A stretch of DNA of 64,000 nt. Origin: Podarcis vaucheri (Eukaryota). Made by a program: the position numbers and the translations under genes. The stretch's first letter is position 1; the number at the start of each line of letters is the position of its first letter. Location of the stretch: NCBI GenBank assembly GCA_965113315.1, contig OZ220369.1. One strand, given 5' to 3'. Under the pieces are notes generated by a model, which ran no database searches, was not told where the DNA came from, and worked only from the letters and a program-made list of their open reading frames with translations. Positions 1 through 30,700 of this stretch are shown here, piece by piece.

Positions 1-249
1 TCGCTCTATAAGACGCACCAGACCACAAGACGCACCTAGTTTTTGGAGGAGGAAAATAAGAAAAAAATATTCTGAATCTCAGAAGCCAGAACAGCAAGAG
101 GGATCGCTGCACAGTGAAAGCAGCGATCCCTCTTGCTGTTCTGGCTTCTGGGATAGCTGCACAGCCTGCATTCGCTCCATAAGATGCACACACATTTCCC
201 CTTACTTTTTGGGAGGGAAAAAGTGAGTCTTATAGAGCAAAAAATACGG
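1..249. mobile_element. Tc1/mariner (Tc2-like) MITE, left end cut by window edge
   Basis: Right TIR gagtcttatagagcaaaaaatacgg followed by TA mirrors the left tcgctctataagacgcac; ends are homologous to the element at 43555. Confidence 0.8.
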
Positions 250-551
250 TAAGTTATTCCACACAGGCCCTCCCTTCACAATAAGTCTGGACCTTCCACT
301 GTGGGAAATGGAGGGAGAGGAAGATGGGCCACTGTGTAAAAAGATCCTTCAGTTGAGGGGTGGGGATGCTCAACTCCCAGCGCCCATCATCCTTAAAACC
401 TAGATGGATACAGGTTCAATTGCCTCAGACAGCACAGCCCATGATAAAAGCAGCTGTAGAGTTCGCAGGTGGGTCATATCTCATTTCCAGCACAGTCATC
501 AGAGCTCCTGGCTGCCTCTTACAAGGGAAGGAGATGGTGGAGTGGTTAAAG

Positions 552-1005
552 CAGTGGTTTTCAACCAGTGTGACATGGCACCGTGGGATGCCTTGAATGA
601 TGGTAAGGGGTGCCATGGGCATCACTGGCCTTTGTCCCTCTTTCCTTCCCTCCCTCCTCTGATGCCCTCTTGCGTCTCTGCCTCCCAAAGCCGTGCACAG
701 CTGTTTGTTGCAGGTGAATGCTGCCTCTGGGGCTAGCTTGGGGGTGCTTCCCTGTGGGGCAGGGTGAGGCAGCGCTTCTTTTGGGGGCGGGGGGGGGGGC
801 AGCTCAGAGACCAGAGGTGGTAGCTGCAGATGCCCAGAGGACTCCCAAGGAGAGGGGAGAGGAGGGTGTTCAAAAAAAGGGCGAGAGGCTGCCAGCTCTG
901 CAGGCAAGGGGTGACATAATTGGGCTTCTGAGCCCCACAGGGGTGCCACAGAAAGAATGTAGTTGGTCAAAGGAGCCGTAGACCCACAAAGGTTGAAAAC
1001 CTATG
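552..1005. mobile_element. Non-autonomous hAT DNA transposon
   Basis: TIRs cagtggttttcaacc / ggttgaaaacctatg; 8-bp TSD ggttaaag at 544-551 and 1006-1013. Confidence 0.85.
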
Positions 1006-2157
1006 GGTTAAAGGGTTGGACTAGAATCTGGGCTGAAATCTCCACTACAACCATGACTTAACTTTGGACAGTCACTCCAAAGTCTTATCCTTTCCTTCAG
1101 AGTTGCTCTGAGGACATTGGGGGGGGGGGGGAATGACACCCTTCAGTACTACTTTGAGCTCCTTGCAAGAAAGGTGACCTTACTTCAACTCTGTGTCCCC
1201 TGAAGGGATACTTGTTTGTGCAAGGCGAAAGGACTTGCCAACCCCCAACTCCCAGCCATCATTAGTTGCGGGGGGTGGGGGTGGGTAAGGGAGGGGACAG
1301 AAGCCATCATCTTACAGGTTCAGATTGCAACAGGAAAAGAGTCCTCGGTGCTGCCCTCTGCGTCTTGCCATACTCCCAACTCTGCTCATCCTATGAGGAA
1401 GAGGACGCTCAAACCAAATACATTTCTTAGTCTTTAGGGATCCCCAAGGCTCTTTTTGCTGTGGTGGTGAAGAGCAGACTTCTTCTGAATCTTGTTTGGA
1501 CTCCACAAGCTCCATCTCCAGCAATCCAGCTGGTGAAGTTTGCATAATAATTGTTGGCTGGAGAATCACAATAATCCCATTCCCCACTGCCCTGATTTCA
1601 TCCTGTCCTCTGTGAGAGCGTAAACACCCCATTCCCCACTGCCTCAATTTCATCCTGTCCTTCATGAAAGCAGCATTGCCAGCTGGATGCACATCAAGTC
1701 TCACTGGGGGGTAGATGAGAGAGGCAGCTGACCACAGCTCCAGTCAACAGGACCTCAGCAGCGAATCATTTGCTAGGATAGTATATGTCTAGAGAACTTC
1801 TTGTGGCTCTCGAAAGTGCTTCTGCCTGGCTCCCCCTCTCCTGTCACGCAACCCAACAGCGGGTGCAGACACAGCTTCTGTTTCTGTAAGGCAAACAGGC
1901 TGGCAATGAGCTTCAGGAACTTTAGCCAATCATAGATGGGAACTCTAAAGTGTTTCCCCCCTTCTTTGCTGCTCCTGGAATCCTACACATGCCCCCCTAA
2001 CCCACTGACCTCTGCCCTAAAAACTTCTCTCTTAGGGACTTGTCATACTTTGGAATCTTGGCCTTCAAAAACAGGAATGTCCTCTGCTCAACGTCTATGC
2101 AAGGAGCTGCAAAACCAGCTACTAAAAGCAGGAAAGGTCTCATTAAACCGCATGGTC

Positions 2158-2163
2158 TTTATT
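2158..2163 (-). terminator. Probable AP1G1 polyadenylation signal AATAAA
   Basis: tttatt on + strand, ~970 nt past the stop, preceded in the transcript by TGTA elements. Confidence 0.55.
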
Positions 2164-3128
2164 TTCAGTGCCAATATTACAGATACAACACAAACGTCCC
2201 AGGAGGAGAACGAATTCAAATGGAATCCAGGACTCTGACAGACTCAGGAAATGAAAAGGGCTGAGGGGGGAAAGCAGCTTTGCAGTGGAGTCTTGAGATG
2301 AGTCTTTCTGCAGGCAAATGGTGCCCCCCCTTTCCATCTTTAAGCAACACACATTTCCTTTCTACCCACCTACCACAGCTGACAGCCAAGGATCAGACAA
2401 GAGGAGTTCCAAGATTTGGGGTGGGGGCACACTGAAGAGCGACTTGCTGGAGGGAGCAGCCAGTCTCGTCCATCATGATGCTTTCTGAGAGGGAGGCACT
2501 GGCCAAAGAGGGCTTGACGTTGCTGCCTCCACCACTGAATCCTCCAAAGCAGAGCTTCTGTCCAGAACAGCAGGTCCACCTATCCATCCCCTTCTCAGAC
2601 TCAAGCCACTGCCCTCGGGGTGTGCAGTCAAGCGTAGAAAAGGCCCCCCACGTCAGGGAACTCCAAGGAGAAAGGGTCACCAGCATCCTTGGAATACATT
2701 TCCAACATGAACTCTGGATGAAAAGTGCCTGAAGGTGGTAACCCGGCTAGCAAGGAGCCGAAACAAAACTCGCTTCACTCACTCACTCGCCCACGCCCAC
2801 CGGAGGAGAGAAGATGGCAGGCGGGGAGAAACAGTCGCACATGCCACAGTGCACCTCCCCTCCCCCCCTTCCAAAACAAGGGGAATGTGGCTTCTGTGGC
2901 AAGTGTGGCTCAGCAGCCAGGAGAGGAGAGAAGAGAGAGCGAGCCAGCAAGTGTCTTAAGAGATATGCTTCATCAAGGTGAGCAAGGCCAGTCCTCCTGC
3001 TCTGCAGCAGCCGCTGCTCTCGTCAGCTCCCCTGGCCATGGTGCAAGTGGGGGGATTTCTGGAGTCACAGCGCTCTGCCCAGCGTTCCTTCGGCCAACCA
3101 GGTGGGGTGAGGAGGGTGGGGCCAGAGC

Positions 3129-20887
<17,759 letters not shown>

Positions 20888-21817
20888 TTAAGTCTTTAAA
20901 ACAGTACCCCATGAGAAACCGCAGAGAGAGGCTGGTAGGGTCTCCAAGCTGGCATTGGTTATACTGACAGAACTCTCTATGGTTCAATCCATGGTGTTTA
21001 TCCCAAGTCAGCTATCTCTGCCACAGCTGGGACTCCAGAATACTTCAGCCTCAAAAAGTCTGTCTTCCCTGCCAAGTGGCTTAAGATATCTGTAGTAAGG
21101 AAAGATATATGGCTCTGTTGCCAAGGTATGTAATGATGTATTCGCTGCAGCTCTGTCTCCACTACTGCATGGTGGAATGGGTGGCAGACTAAGGCTGGTG
21201 ATAAACTGACTGCATGTGCTCTTTACAACACACACAGCTCACCTCTCATGCCAAACCCAAGAAACTGTTTCTTTCTTTCTGTGGCTGGTCCCTAATCACC
21301 AGGAATTTCTGCCTAAATTTGCATACCAGCACAGATAGGAGCCTCCTCCCTCCTTCTGCCATCTTCAAATAAGGCAAAAGTCCTAGATTAATCAGCGACC
21401 CTACACAACCTTCCTGAGCCTTGGATTAAGCCCTGCTTGTGAAAACAAACCTGAGATTGAAGCAAACCATATTATGCAGCCATAAAAGCATCTGAATCTG
21501 CCCGCCCCAAGGTGAAGGCTTATTTACAGGATCTAGCAAACCACAGGAACACCTCTGGCTCAAACCCAAATATTCTACTTCACTCTGGATTTGCTTTTCA
21601 ACTAAAGGAAACTCCCATTATATTTCAAAGCAGCCTTTGGCCCCAATGCATGGGTCACTCTCTGCTACTCTGGTCTGTTTATCTGCCAAACAAACTGAAA
21701 TAAATTATCCACAAGTCAGGAGGAAAAAGTATTATTTTCAAGGCCCAGCATACACTACTGCATAATACTAATATGTACATTACTTTTACGAATGAGAATG
21801 GTCATTCTGATATTGTA

Positions 21818-22047
21818 CAGTTGGTTCTCAAATGCCTTGTGACTCAAACGTTTTGGCTCCCGAACGCGCAAATACAGAAGTGTTCTAATTTACAAACTTC
21901 TTTGGAAGCCAAACATCCAATGCGACTTATGCGGCTTCCAACTGAGTGCAGGAAGCTCCTGCAGCCAATCAGAAGCCGTGCCTCAGTTTTTGAACGTTTT
22001 TGGAAGTCAAACGGAACGGATTCTGTTCGAAAACCAAGGTACAACTG
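21818..22047. mobile_element. Tc1/mariner (Tigger-like) MITE, decayed
   Basis: ta|cagttg ... ggtacaactg|ta termini, internal repeated aacgttttgg motifs. Confidence 0.65.
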
Positions 22048-25000
22048 TATCGTTCTTTGGAATTTAAAATGCATGTGTCTGTAAATACATCTCATACAAA
22101 GTAAATCATATCCAAGTTTACTGTTACCATGATGTAATAATACTTACAGAGTGGACACATTTTTAGACCAGTCAAACATGCAAACCTAAGTTTCAATTAG
22201 CACAGCTAAACATGAGCAAGCAAGTGTCATTAACATTGTGAAGACAATTTTCATGCCGACGTGACATCTTACTCCTGAGGACCTGATGGAGACAATCAGG
22301 GTTTCATTCAAGTCCTTTTCGTCCAGACAGCTCTGCCCCTTTCAGGCTCTTCATTATGGCTGTTTCTCAGGCTTTTTCAAAGCAAGGACAGCGGAGCCTG
22401 AGTGGGACAGTTCCAGAAGGGTGGGACATCCCCTCCCCCACTTTCCCAGTACAGCCTTAAGCAGACTACTTCCAGTATACTCCCAGCCCAGTGGTTGCCT
22501 AAAAACTGAGCCCAGCACTCAATGGACACCAGCACTGCTGCTGCTTCTCACATGTGACCGAACCCAGAGCTGATTCCAAATGCACTTGCAGGCCCAACAG
22601 GTAGCCACTGAGCCCAAACGATGAAACCCAGGAAAAGTCTATGCTGTTATTTAAAACCGTGGGAAGAAGCTAGGTAGCCCAACTCAAGGCCTCTTCTAAA
22701 GGCGCTTCATCAGTACAAGTCACATTACAGTGGGCTGTGGCTCTCTTTTAGTTGAGCATTCAAACTGTGACTACACCAATCCATTCGGAGACTTCATTTG
22801 TTAAGGGTTGTGCAATAAATAACGGACAGAAATTCTAAATTACGCAGCTCTAGACTGAGCACTCAGCATCTGTAGATGCCTACATTTTTGACTGATGCAT
22901 TTCATAAAAACTACAAAATGTGGTTAGATGTTCAACCAGCTACAGAAACCACTGCAAGTTCTCTCTTATTGCTTGTGAAATCCACTTGTGCCAGCCCATT
23001 CGTTTCCCAAGCTGATTTTGTAAGGGCCTCCTCACATCCACAGGTGGCTGTCAAGTAGGAGAAACAAAAGAAGGACACATGCCTTTCAGGTCATGCTGCT
23101 GCTGCTAGCTACAGAGCTGGAAGGGGACCTCACAAATCATCCTAGTACAACCTCTTGCAGATGGATGGAGGAGACCTATTACTACACACACCAGCCCCAG
23201 AAGGTTTTAAAGCAGAAGCTGGATGGCCACCATCTTCCAAGGTATTCTGAACTGCCTCTCTTTGGTAGGCTGAACAGTCCTACCTGTCAAGGAAACTGTA
23301 GTCAGCAGGTGGGTGAAAGACATGGTCTCTGATGAACCTTTCACTTATGAAGACAGCCCTGTATCGGGAAGTTTTTAATGCTTGACATCTTATGTTTTTA
23401 TATGCGTTGGAAACCCAGCTGGATGAATGGGGCATTATTATTATTATTATTTGAAAACTTCAGCATTAATTTTTTTCCTTTAACATTGATTTCCCACTTT
23501 TCCATCCCAAAACAAAATGTTCAAACCACTGAACCACCATCATAAATCCTAATATTGCAGCAGCAATATAAAAATCCAAGGCACACACAGAGGGAAAACA
23601 TCTGAAAAATGCATGGCTCAAGCCATATTGTTCTGAACTGTTGCCTGAAGAGAAAAAGGAGGCCATCGGCTGAGTCCATGGAGAAGAGTCTCATAACCAA
23701 GGGGCCTCCACCATCACCAAGAAAGCCTAACCGCATATGTCCACATGCCATAGGTGGAGCCCAGGGCAGGGCTTCCCTTCAGCAGCATCTGCAGCAAGCA
23801 GGCAGTCACCTACAGATTAACTGATTCCATGGAGTTCCAAACCATCCAGGTAGGGACTGACTCTGGGTCAAGTTTTCTTGAACTCTAATAATGTGCTCTC
23901 AAGCCCATTCTTGGGATCAAATGGCTGTTTTCATTCCTGCTAGCAGAAATAGTTCCCCTATCCCGATCCTGTTTACTGGGTGATTTTACATTTATCCAAC
24001 CAACCTCATTCTATTAACTATATTTCTGGACTTTGCTTCCAAATCAACATGCAAAAATGATTCCCCTTCTTCAAAAGCCTCCCTTTCTGCTACTGAGAAC
24101 AAACATGCTTCCCAAGACACTCCTCTAACACTGCCCCCCGCAACACAATATGAAGTTGACAAGAAGTCTGCAGCCTCCCTTCACAGATGGGTCCATGTGC
24201 TGGTTGAAAGCAGAGGACTCTGTTCAGGCAGAGAGATCTCATCAAAGCTCTCTATAGCCACCAGTCTCCAAACTGGAGGCTTCTCATTAAGGGAATATTT
24301 ACCGTTATATATTCTTTCATTCCACAATTTACATTTGCCACCAACATAGCGACATAGTAAATTGCCTTCTGTTTGTGTCAGACCACTGGTCCATCAAGCT
24401 CAGAACGGTCAACACTGACTAGCAGTTGTTCTCCAGGCTTTCAGGTAGGGGGTCTCTCCCAGCCCTACCTGGAGATTGACCCTGGCACCTTCTACTTGCC
24501 AAGCTGGTGCTCCACTACTGAGCCGAATTCCTTCCCCATGCCATTATTCATTCATGCATGTTATTAGATTATTTATGTCCCTCCACAGAGTATCCAAGGT
24601 GGTTTATGGAAAATAAACCACAGCACAAACTGCAGGTGTTGCAGGATAATGGAGACTGACCAGACTTCCAGGGCTGATCTTCTGGCGACAGAGAAGCAGA
24701 ATTATTTCCCTTTCCCCAAGTGCTAACCAGGGTAGACCCATGCCTGGTAGAGAGTCTTGTTCCATCTTGTGCCTTCCAACCTTACTGCCAAATCTGTGTG
24801 GATTCCTTAGGAAAGGAAGCTGTTGCCATAATTACACAGGAGGATCCTGGTGGATCAGAGCAAGCACACAACCCACAGTGAGCCAGCTCCTTCCATGTTT
24901 CATGAGCCAGCTTGAGTCTCCATCCAAAGCTCCCAGTTAAGAAGGAGGCTCTCAGGCTGCTTCTAAGATCCAGAAGTACTCATGATCTAACTTCTACTAA

Positions 25001-27349
25001 GACGCTTTGGAAGAGCTTCTTAGTGAATCACAACCTTCCAGAGTAGCCAACATACTATGACATTTTAAAAATAATCTCTGGTAAACAGATGTTTAGTAAG
25101 AAATGCTCTGATAGCTATCTGTCTAACGTGGCATTCACTCACCAGGATGGAATTTCTGGTTGCCTATGACTACCAGGTGAGTTGTTACATGCAAGGCTGT
25201 CCTAAAGCTCATCTTGCTATACTAAAGTTGACCCCACCTCTCTTCAGGTACTCCAAGGTATGAGTCACAAGATAAACCAAATATAAGAACTCTTTCAAAG
25301 TAGCAACACTCTTAACGGAACTTTCACAATGAGGGTGGGCCCTGATACATAGCAGGATGAAGCAGCGCACTTCAGGCAGCATAATGGGAGTGGCCAAAGC
25401 TAGAGGGAGGCTGTACTGCTGTTTGAATGGTACAGGGTTAGCCCTACAGAACAGAAATTTGAGATCTACCTCAGGCAGCAAGAGGTCTCAAGACAGCACT
25501 GTTCAGATTTCAAACAGTTTCTGATTGCAGGTCCCAAAAAAACTCTAAGATGCCCAAGCTGAAGAAACAATAAAAAACAGGTCTTTGGTTCAAAAACACC
25601 TGCAACTACTCCTAAAATCCAACTCTGCCATAAGATGGTCAACATGCAAGCCAATGCACAAAGTAAAGTTTATTAACTATGTTTGGGAGGAGAGACACAG
25701 AACGCAATTCACCGCCTCAATGCAGGTACACCCTGAATTACCAGCCAGACATTGTTAACAAAAACAGTGAAAGTGCAACCATACTGCTGGAAAGAAAGTG
25801 TACTACAAATACAAAAACATCCAGAATAAGCTCACAGCAGTGTTAGAAACTATGATATGTAAGTTAGGTGCCAAAGGGCTCCTTAAACCAAGGCTACAGT
25901 CACCAAAACAGAATATCTAGTTGCCATTTGAGGGTAAGATGGCTCTAAAGTCTTATTTTTCAAATGATGGACTAATTGTGATTATCAGTGAAACACCTGG
26001 CTAGTTCAGATGACTACCTTGAACTACCGGTAGGTTAAGAACTTTGAGATCTTAAAGAAGAAAAGTCACTTGATGCAGTCCACATACATATTGGCCTATT
26101 CCTACATCTTTTTCTAAATGGTGACACTGACCATTCATAACATAGGAATGTTCTTCACAACTGTGACAAGGTCAGTGGGGTGGGGTAAGTGAAGACAAAC
26201 TACAATAATTAACTAACGTTGCTCCTGCTTAGGCTGCACAGAAAAAGCATTTTGGTTCCTGAAATTCATTCTGATTGTGCAGATAAAATATCTCATGGTT
26301 GCGAGTGGTCAATCGTCAGGTGCAAAAGGCACCTGGCTAATTTTGGACACTTGCCCATAGCCAACAGAAATTCAACAAAGATAAAGACCACTGTATTCAG
26401 ACAAAAGACAAGCATACTCCATCTGCAATACTATTTAAAAGCAAATCTTCTATCTCATGATATATCTTTGAACTACACCAAACTTAGTCAATGTAACAAT
26501 TCTGCCCAATTGTCACAATTTCTTTCAAGAGACACAGAGGATTTTCAGCATACACTAGTTAGACATTTTATAAAAGAGAGGCCCTCTGTCAGACAGGTTC
26601 TGTTAATCATTAGTTATAAGGTAGCACCATCATTCCACATGATGCTTTGCAGAGAATCACATCAATATGAGCTTACAGTTTCTAAATTTTAAATGGCAGA
26701 TGAAGGAGAAATGTGAGCAAATACTCCATGTTGCAACTATGAAGGTGAAACCAAAGGCATTAAACAACAGGCTTCAAAGTGAAAATGTGTTTTGAGGAAG
26801 TGTTTGAAGAGAAGAGAAAGAGATTGTCACAAAGGGTTTCTTGCAAGGAGTTCCAGTCTAGGGGACAGAAAACTGGGCAATCAAGCTGCAGCAACTAAAG
26901 ATATGGGCAGGACTATCCATATTAAAATAAAGTTAAGTTTCAGGAGGTCTGCAGATGTTGAGTAACCCTCTTCCAACTGTTACTCATCTACAAGAGTACT
27001 GCTAGATAACTCCTTCACAATCATTAACCTCAGTAGGAAAGCAGCTTATCTCATTTGTAAGACCCTTATAAATTCTTACAATCAAATGGAATAAAACTTT
27101 CGTTAAATAAAAATAAACAAATATTTCCCTCTCGACAGGAGGGCAAGAAAAGGAACTGCAATGGCTTCTTCAGGTCAAGTTGACAGGTGAGCCAGCTGGC
27201 TGGACTGCCCTCTCACTTCCCCGCACCCACCCCTGGTCTTGGCCTTTCCTTTCCCCAGCGCTCACTGAACAGCCATTCTTTGCAAAGCGTCGGAATCCAC
27301 ATCCAACAGCCTTGAGCCTTTTCCTAGTGTCGACCCTGCCGTAATCGGA

Positions 27350-28650
27350 AATGACTCTCAGTCTCTTTCCCCGACGAGGTGTTCCTAAGCCCCTTGCTCA
27401 CAAGACCTGTCAAGGGGCGAGTCGAGTCTGTTTTCTTCAGGCCTCGGATAGGAGCCGATCCGATCGTCGGAGGCCCGGGCAAGCTGTACAGGGTGAACCG
27501 GAGAAGACTCTCCTCGTCTATAACATAAGAGGCCACAGGCACTTCCGCCGACAGCAGAGACAGAACTGGCCGGGCGAGGAGAAAAACGCCTCGAATAGCG
27601 GAAGGGAAGTCATGGGCTAAGGAGCGCCGCCTAGGCTGGCCTTTGCTCGGGACGCGGCGGCGCGGAGAAGGGAAGCGGACGGAGGAACAGCCACCTCTTG
27701 CCCGGGAGGGCGAAGGGCTGCTCCGGCAGGGGCAGCTGCCCCGCCAGGCCTCACGAGCCAGCTGGCGAGTCAGACGGCAGCAACCCTCAAGGAACACGGT
27801 AGCGCGCTCCCTTCTTGCGCTAGGAAGCGGCGCCTCTCCCCTTAGCCAGCCGACCCACCCACCGACCGGAAAGCGCCCGGGCCCACGGCGGCCAAGGCTC
27901 AGTCCGTCCCGGGAGGCGGGGCGGGAGGCGGCGGCGGCTGGGCCTTGCCCCGGGCGGCGGCGGCGGGCCCAGGATCCTACCGCCGAAGTAAAAGCAGCAG
28001 CAGCAACACCTACCCTGCCTGGCAGTGCCCCTCCTCTCTCCCCGCGCGGCACTCACCGGGCCGGATCCCTACGGCGAAGGCGGCGGCGGCAGTAGCTAGA
28101 GCCTGGCATCCAAAATGGCGGCGGCGCGGCCTCAGCACCGATACCGCAGGCGGAGGAATCTGGAGACCGGGACTCACTGACTGCCCTCTCTCAGAGCTCG
28201 GCGCGGCGATAGCCTGCTGCATCCATTAACGTTGCTGCGTCCTCCGTCGCCGCCGGCCGGCGCGTTTCGTGGCCAGACAGAATGCTCGGCGCTTGGAACC
28301 GCGGTAACTGGCCCCAGAACTCGTTTCCTCCGCGGAAGTATCTGTAGCGGTGTCACACGATTAGCGGTGAGACTGCGCCGTGGCAGGTAGTGATGACGTC
28401 AGACGCCTGCCTAGTCACCGCTGCGGCTGTGCTCACGACATGCGTCCGGCCGGGTCGTATTAGCGAACTTTAAAGTTCCGTTCTGGATACGAAACTTGCC
28501 CACAGCCCAAGAAGCGAAGCGCCTGCCCGTCCTTCGAGAAAAAAACCAGCTGTCAGGGCGACTGAAGCGTCTTCGCCAATTGCGAATTGCCGGGGGCTAG
28601 CCTGACAGTAGCGGGGCCAAGTCCGTACAGAGCACGTGCTTTCCTAGCAA
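27350..28650 (-). promoter_or_regulatory. CpG island / AP1G1 promoter
   Basis: High CpG density around exon 1, full CRE TGACGTCA at 28394-28401, YY1-type motif. Confidence 0.8.
28057..28170 (-). other. AP1G1: AP1G1 non-coding exon 1 (5' end approximate)
   Basis: Donor CCG|gtgagt at 28056, GCCGCCATTTT YY1-type motif near 28111-28122, inside a CpG island. Exon 2 has only 3 nt of UTR before the ATG. Confidence 0.7.
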
Positions 28651-29819
28651 GCTCGATCTTAAGCAAGTTTACTCGGAAATATATCCCAGTGCTTTGGACA
28701 TACACAGGACTGCAGGCTTTGCACGGAGCTCCAGTGTCCCGTTTCTGAGGCCACAGAGAGACGAAGAAGCTTGCTGGCAAGCACCTTGTTTGAACGTGGA
28801 GAGCCTCCCGGCTCAACCTCCTCTGATTTGCGTGAAACAGTTTTCGCTAATGTGGCCGATACATCCATTTCAGCTCTGGCCTCTCTTAGGGCTCTACAGT
28901 TCCGCGGCTAGTATTAAGGTTTGGGGGCTAGAAAGCCTCGCCACGGAATATATATTGGTCACTTCAATCGTTATCTCTGATAGTCAACGTCGGCGGCTTT
29001 TTGTACTGCTTCCGCATTCCATTAGGGCATCTGGCTAATCGCTGGGAAACAGATGGGGATACTGTAGGAAGCTGTCTTAAATTGAGTCAGTCTCTTGGTC
29101 CACCTAGCTCAGTATTGCTTACACTGGTGGTCAACAGTTTTTCACAGTTTTAGGCAGGATTCCTCACTCTGGCCTACCTGAAAGTGCCTGCCAGGAGTTT
29201 AAGTCTGGTCCTGTCTGCAAGCAAAAGCACATGCAGCCCTTCCCTTCCCTCCTCTACTTAGTTTGATCTAACGGACAAGCAGAGCTTTTCCTAGGATCTC
29301 GCCAGACAGCGGCTTTTTTTTAGTTGCAAATCGATGGGCGACAGAAGCCCCACTGAGAGCATTCCTCTCTTTCTCACAGACACAAAGGAAAAATAATTAA
29401 ACAACTCAACATCGAGTGACAGCTCTATCCCATCCCATCTACCTAGCACCAGCAAGCTGTTCCTGTCCTGGCCAGTATAAGGCCAAGGCCACTTTTATGC
29501 TTGAAGGTTGGAAAGTGCTTCGAGAATTGTTGCCCTTGTAAAAGGAACTCGTGCCGTGCAGAGGCTGTGACTGAAGCGGCCTGGCTCTTTGCGGTTTTGG
29601 AAACACTTACTGGCTGCCTACCCACACAGAGACCGGTTCCTTGCCAGGATAGCGTGAGGCTCCTATTAAAGGTCTCTCCTCTCTGCTTCCCCTTCCTTGA
29701 TGTGCTTAGCGTGAATTTGACTGCGGCCATAATTTACGCATCTTCTCGGTTTAAGGCCTAGAATAGCCAGCCGAGAAGCAACGCTAGCTTACTCGTTCCT
29801 TTCCAATCCCAGTTTGATA

Positions 29820-30700
29820 CCAGCAAGCCCCGTGGGGGCGCTTCGGTTTTCCTGCCGCAAAGGCACGAGGCTGGCGGCTTCATCATCTTAATAAAGACGC
29901 ACACCACACAGTGGAGAGACCGCTTCAAGTGCACAAGCATCGCTTATTATTTCTCAAGCCAGACCTCAGCAGTCCTTACGACAACCCTACAGGTAGGCCA
30001 GTTATGGCTCGACTGAGTAGAGCTCGGGGGGATGCCGGGGCGCGACGTCACGTGCAGAGGGGAAGGGCAGGTGCGTTTGTCGCTATAGCGATGCCGCCGC
30101 CGCCGCTTCCTCGGCTGTCGTTATGGCAACCGCAGGCGGCGATCACGTCATCGCTGTGCGCTGTGCGCGCGCCGTCCTAACGTCATGAGCCTCGGCAGTT
30201 CCGGCGCGCCGTGCAAGGCGGCGGCAGCGGCGGCGGCGGAGAAGAAAGAGGGCGGGGTCAGGCCCGGGGTGGCTGCGGAGTCGGCGGGCAGAGGGATGGC
30301 ACTCAGCCGTGGAGGCGGCGGCGGTGGCGGCGGGTGAGCGACAGGAGTGTCCGGGGCTCCCTTCCCCCCGCCGGGCGGAAGCCGCCCGCCTGCCCCCCCC
30401 CACCCGGCTGACCCCTGTGCTCTTCTCTGTTTCTTTGCAGGTGATCCCGCCCGGAGACCCCCTTGAGGAGGAGGAGGCGACAGCAGCAGCAGCCCACCTT
30501 GCAGCTTCCCGAAGCGAGCGCCATGAGAGCGGCTCAGGAGCGGGGCCAGGAATTCCTCCCCCCCAAGAAGCGCGACCTGCCGGTGGCTGCCAACAACGAA
30601 GAGCCAGGGCGGGTGGCTGAGTCGGGTCTGGTGGGTGGCGGCGGCGGCGAGACCTCTGTGGAATGGTCCCGGGGCTCAGCAACAGGCAGGCAGAGCCAGG
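29820..30700 (+). promoter_or_regulatory. CpG island / ATXN1L promoter
   Basis: CpG-rich; GACGTCACGTG at 30044-30054, X-box-like motifs at 30079-30092 and 30117-30130, GC box GGGCGGGG near 30250. Confidence 0.75.

Noticed and set aside
30463-30522. N-terminal RRRRRQQQQ extension of ATXN1L (polyQ-like)
   Set aside because: Begins at TTG with an in-frame stop at 30442; homology starts at ATG 30523; only four CAGs.
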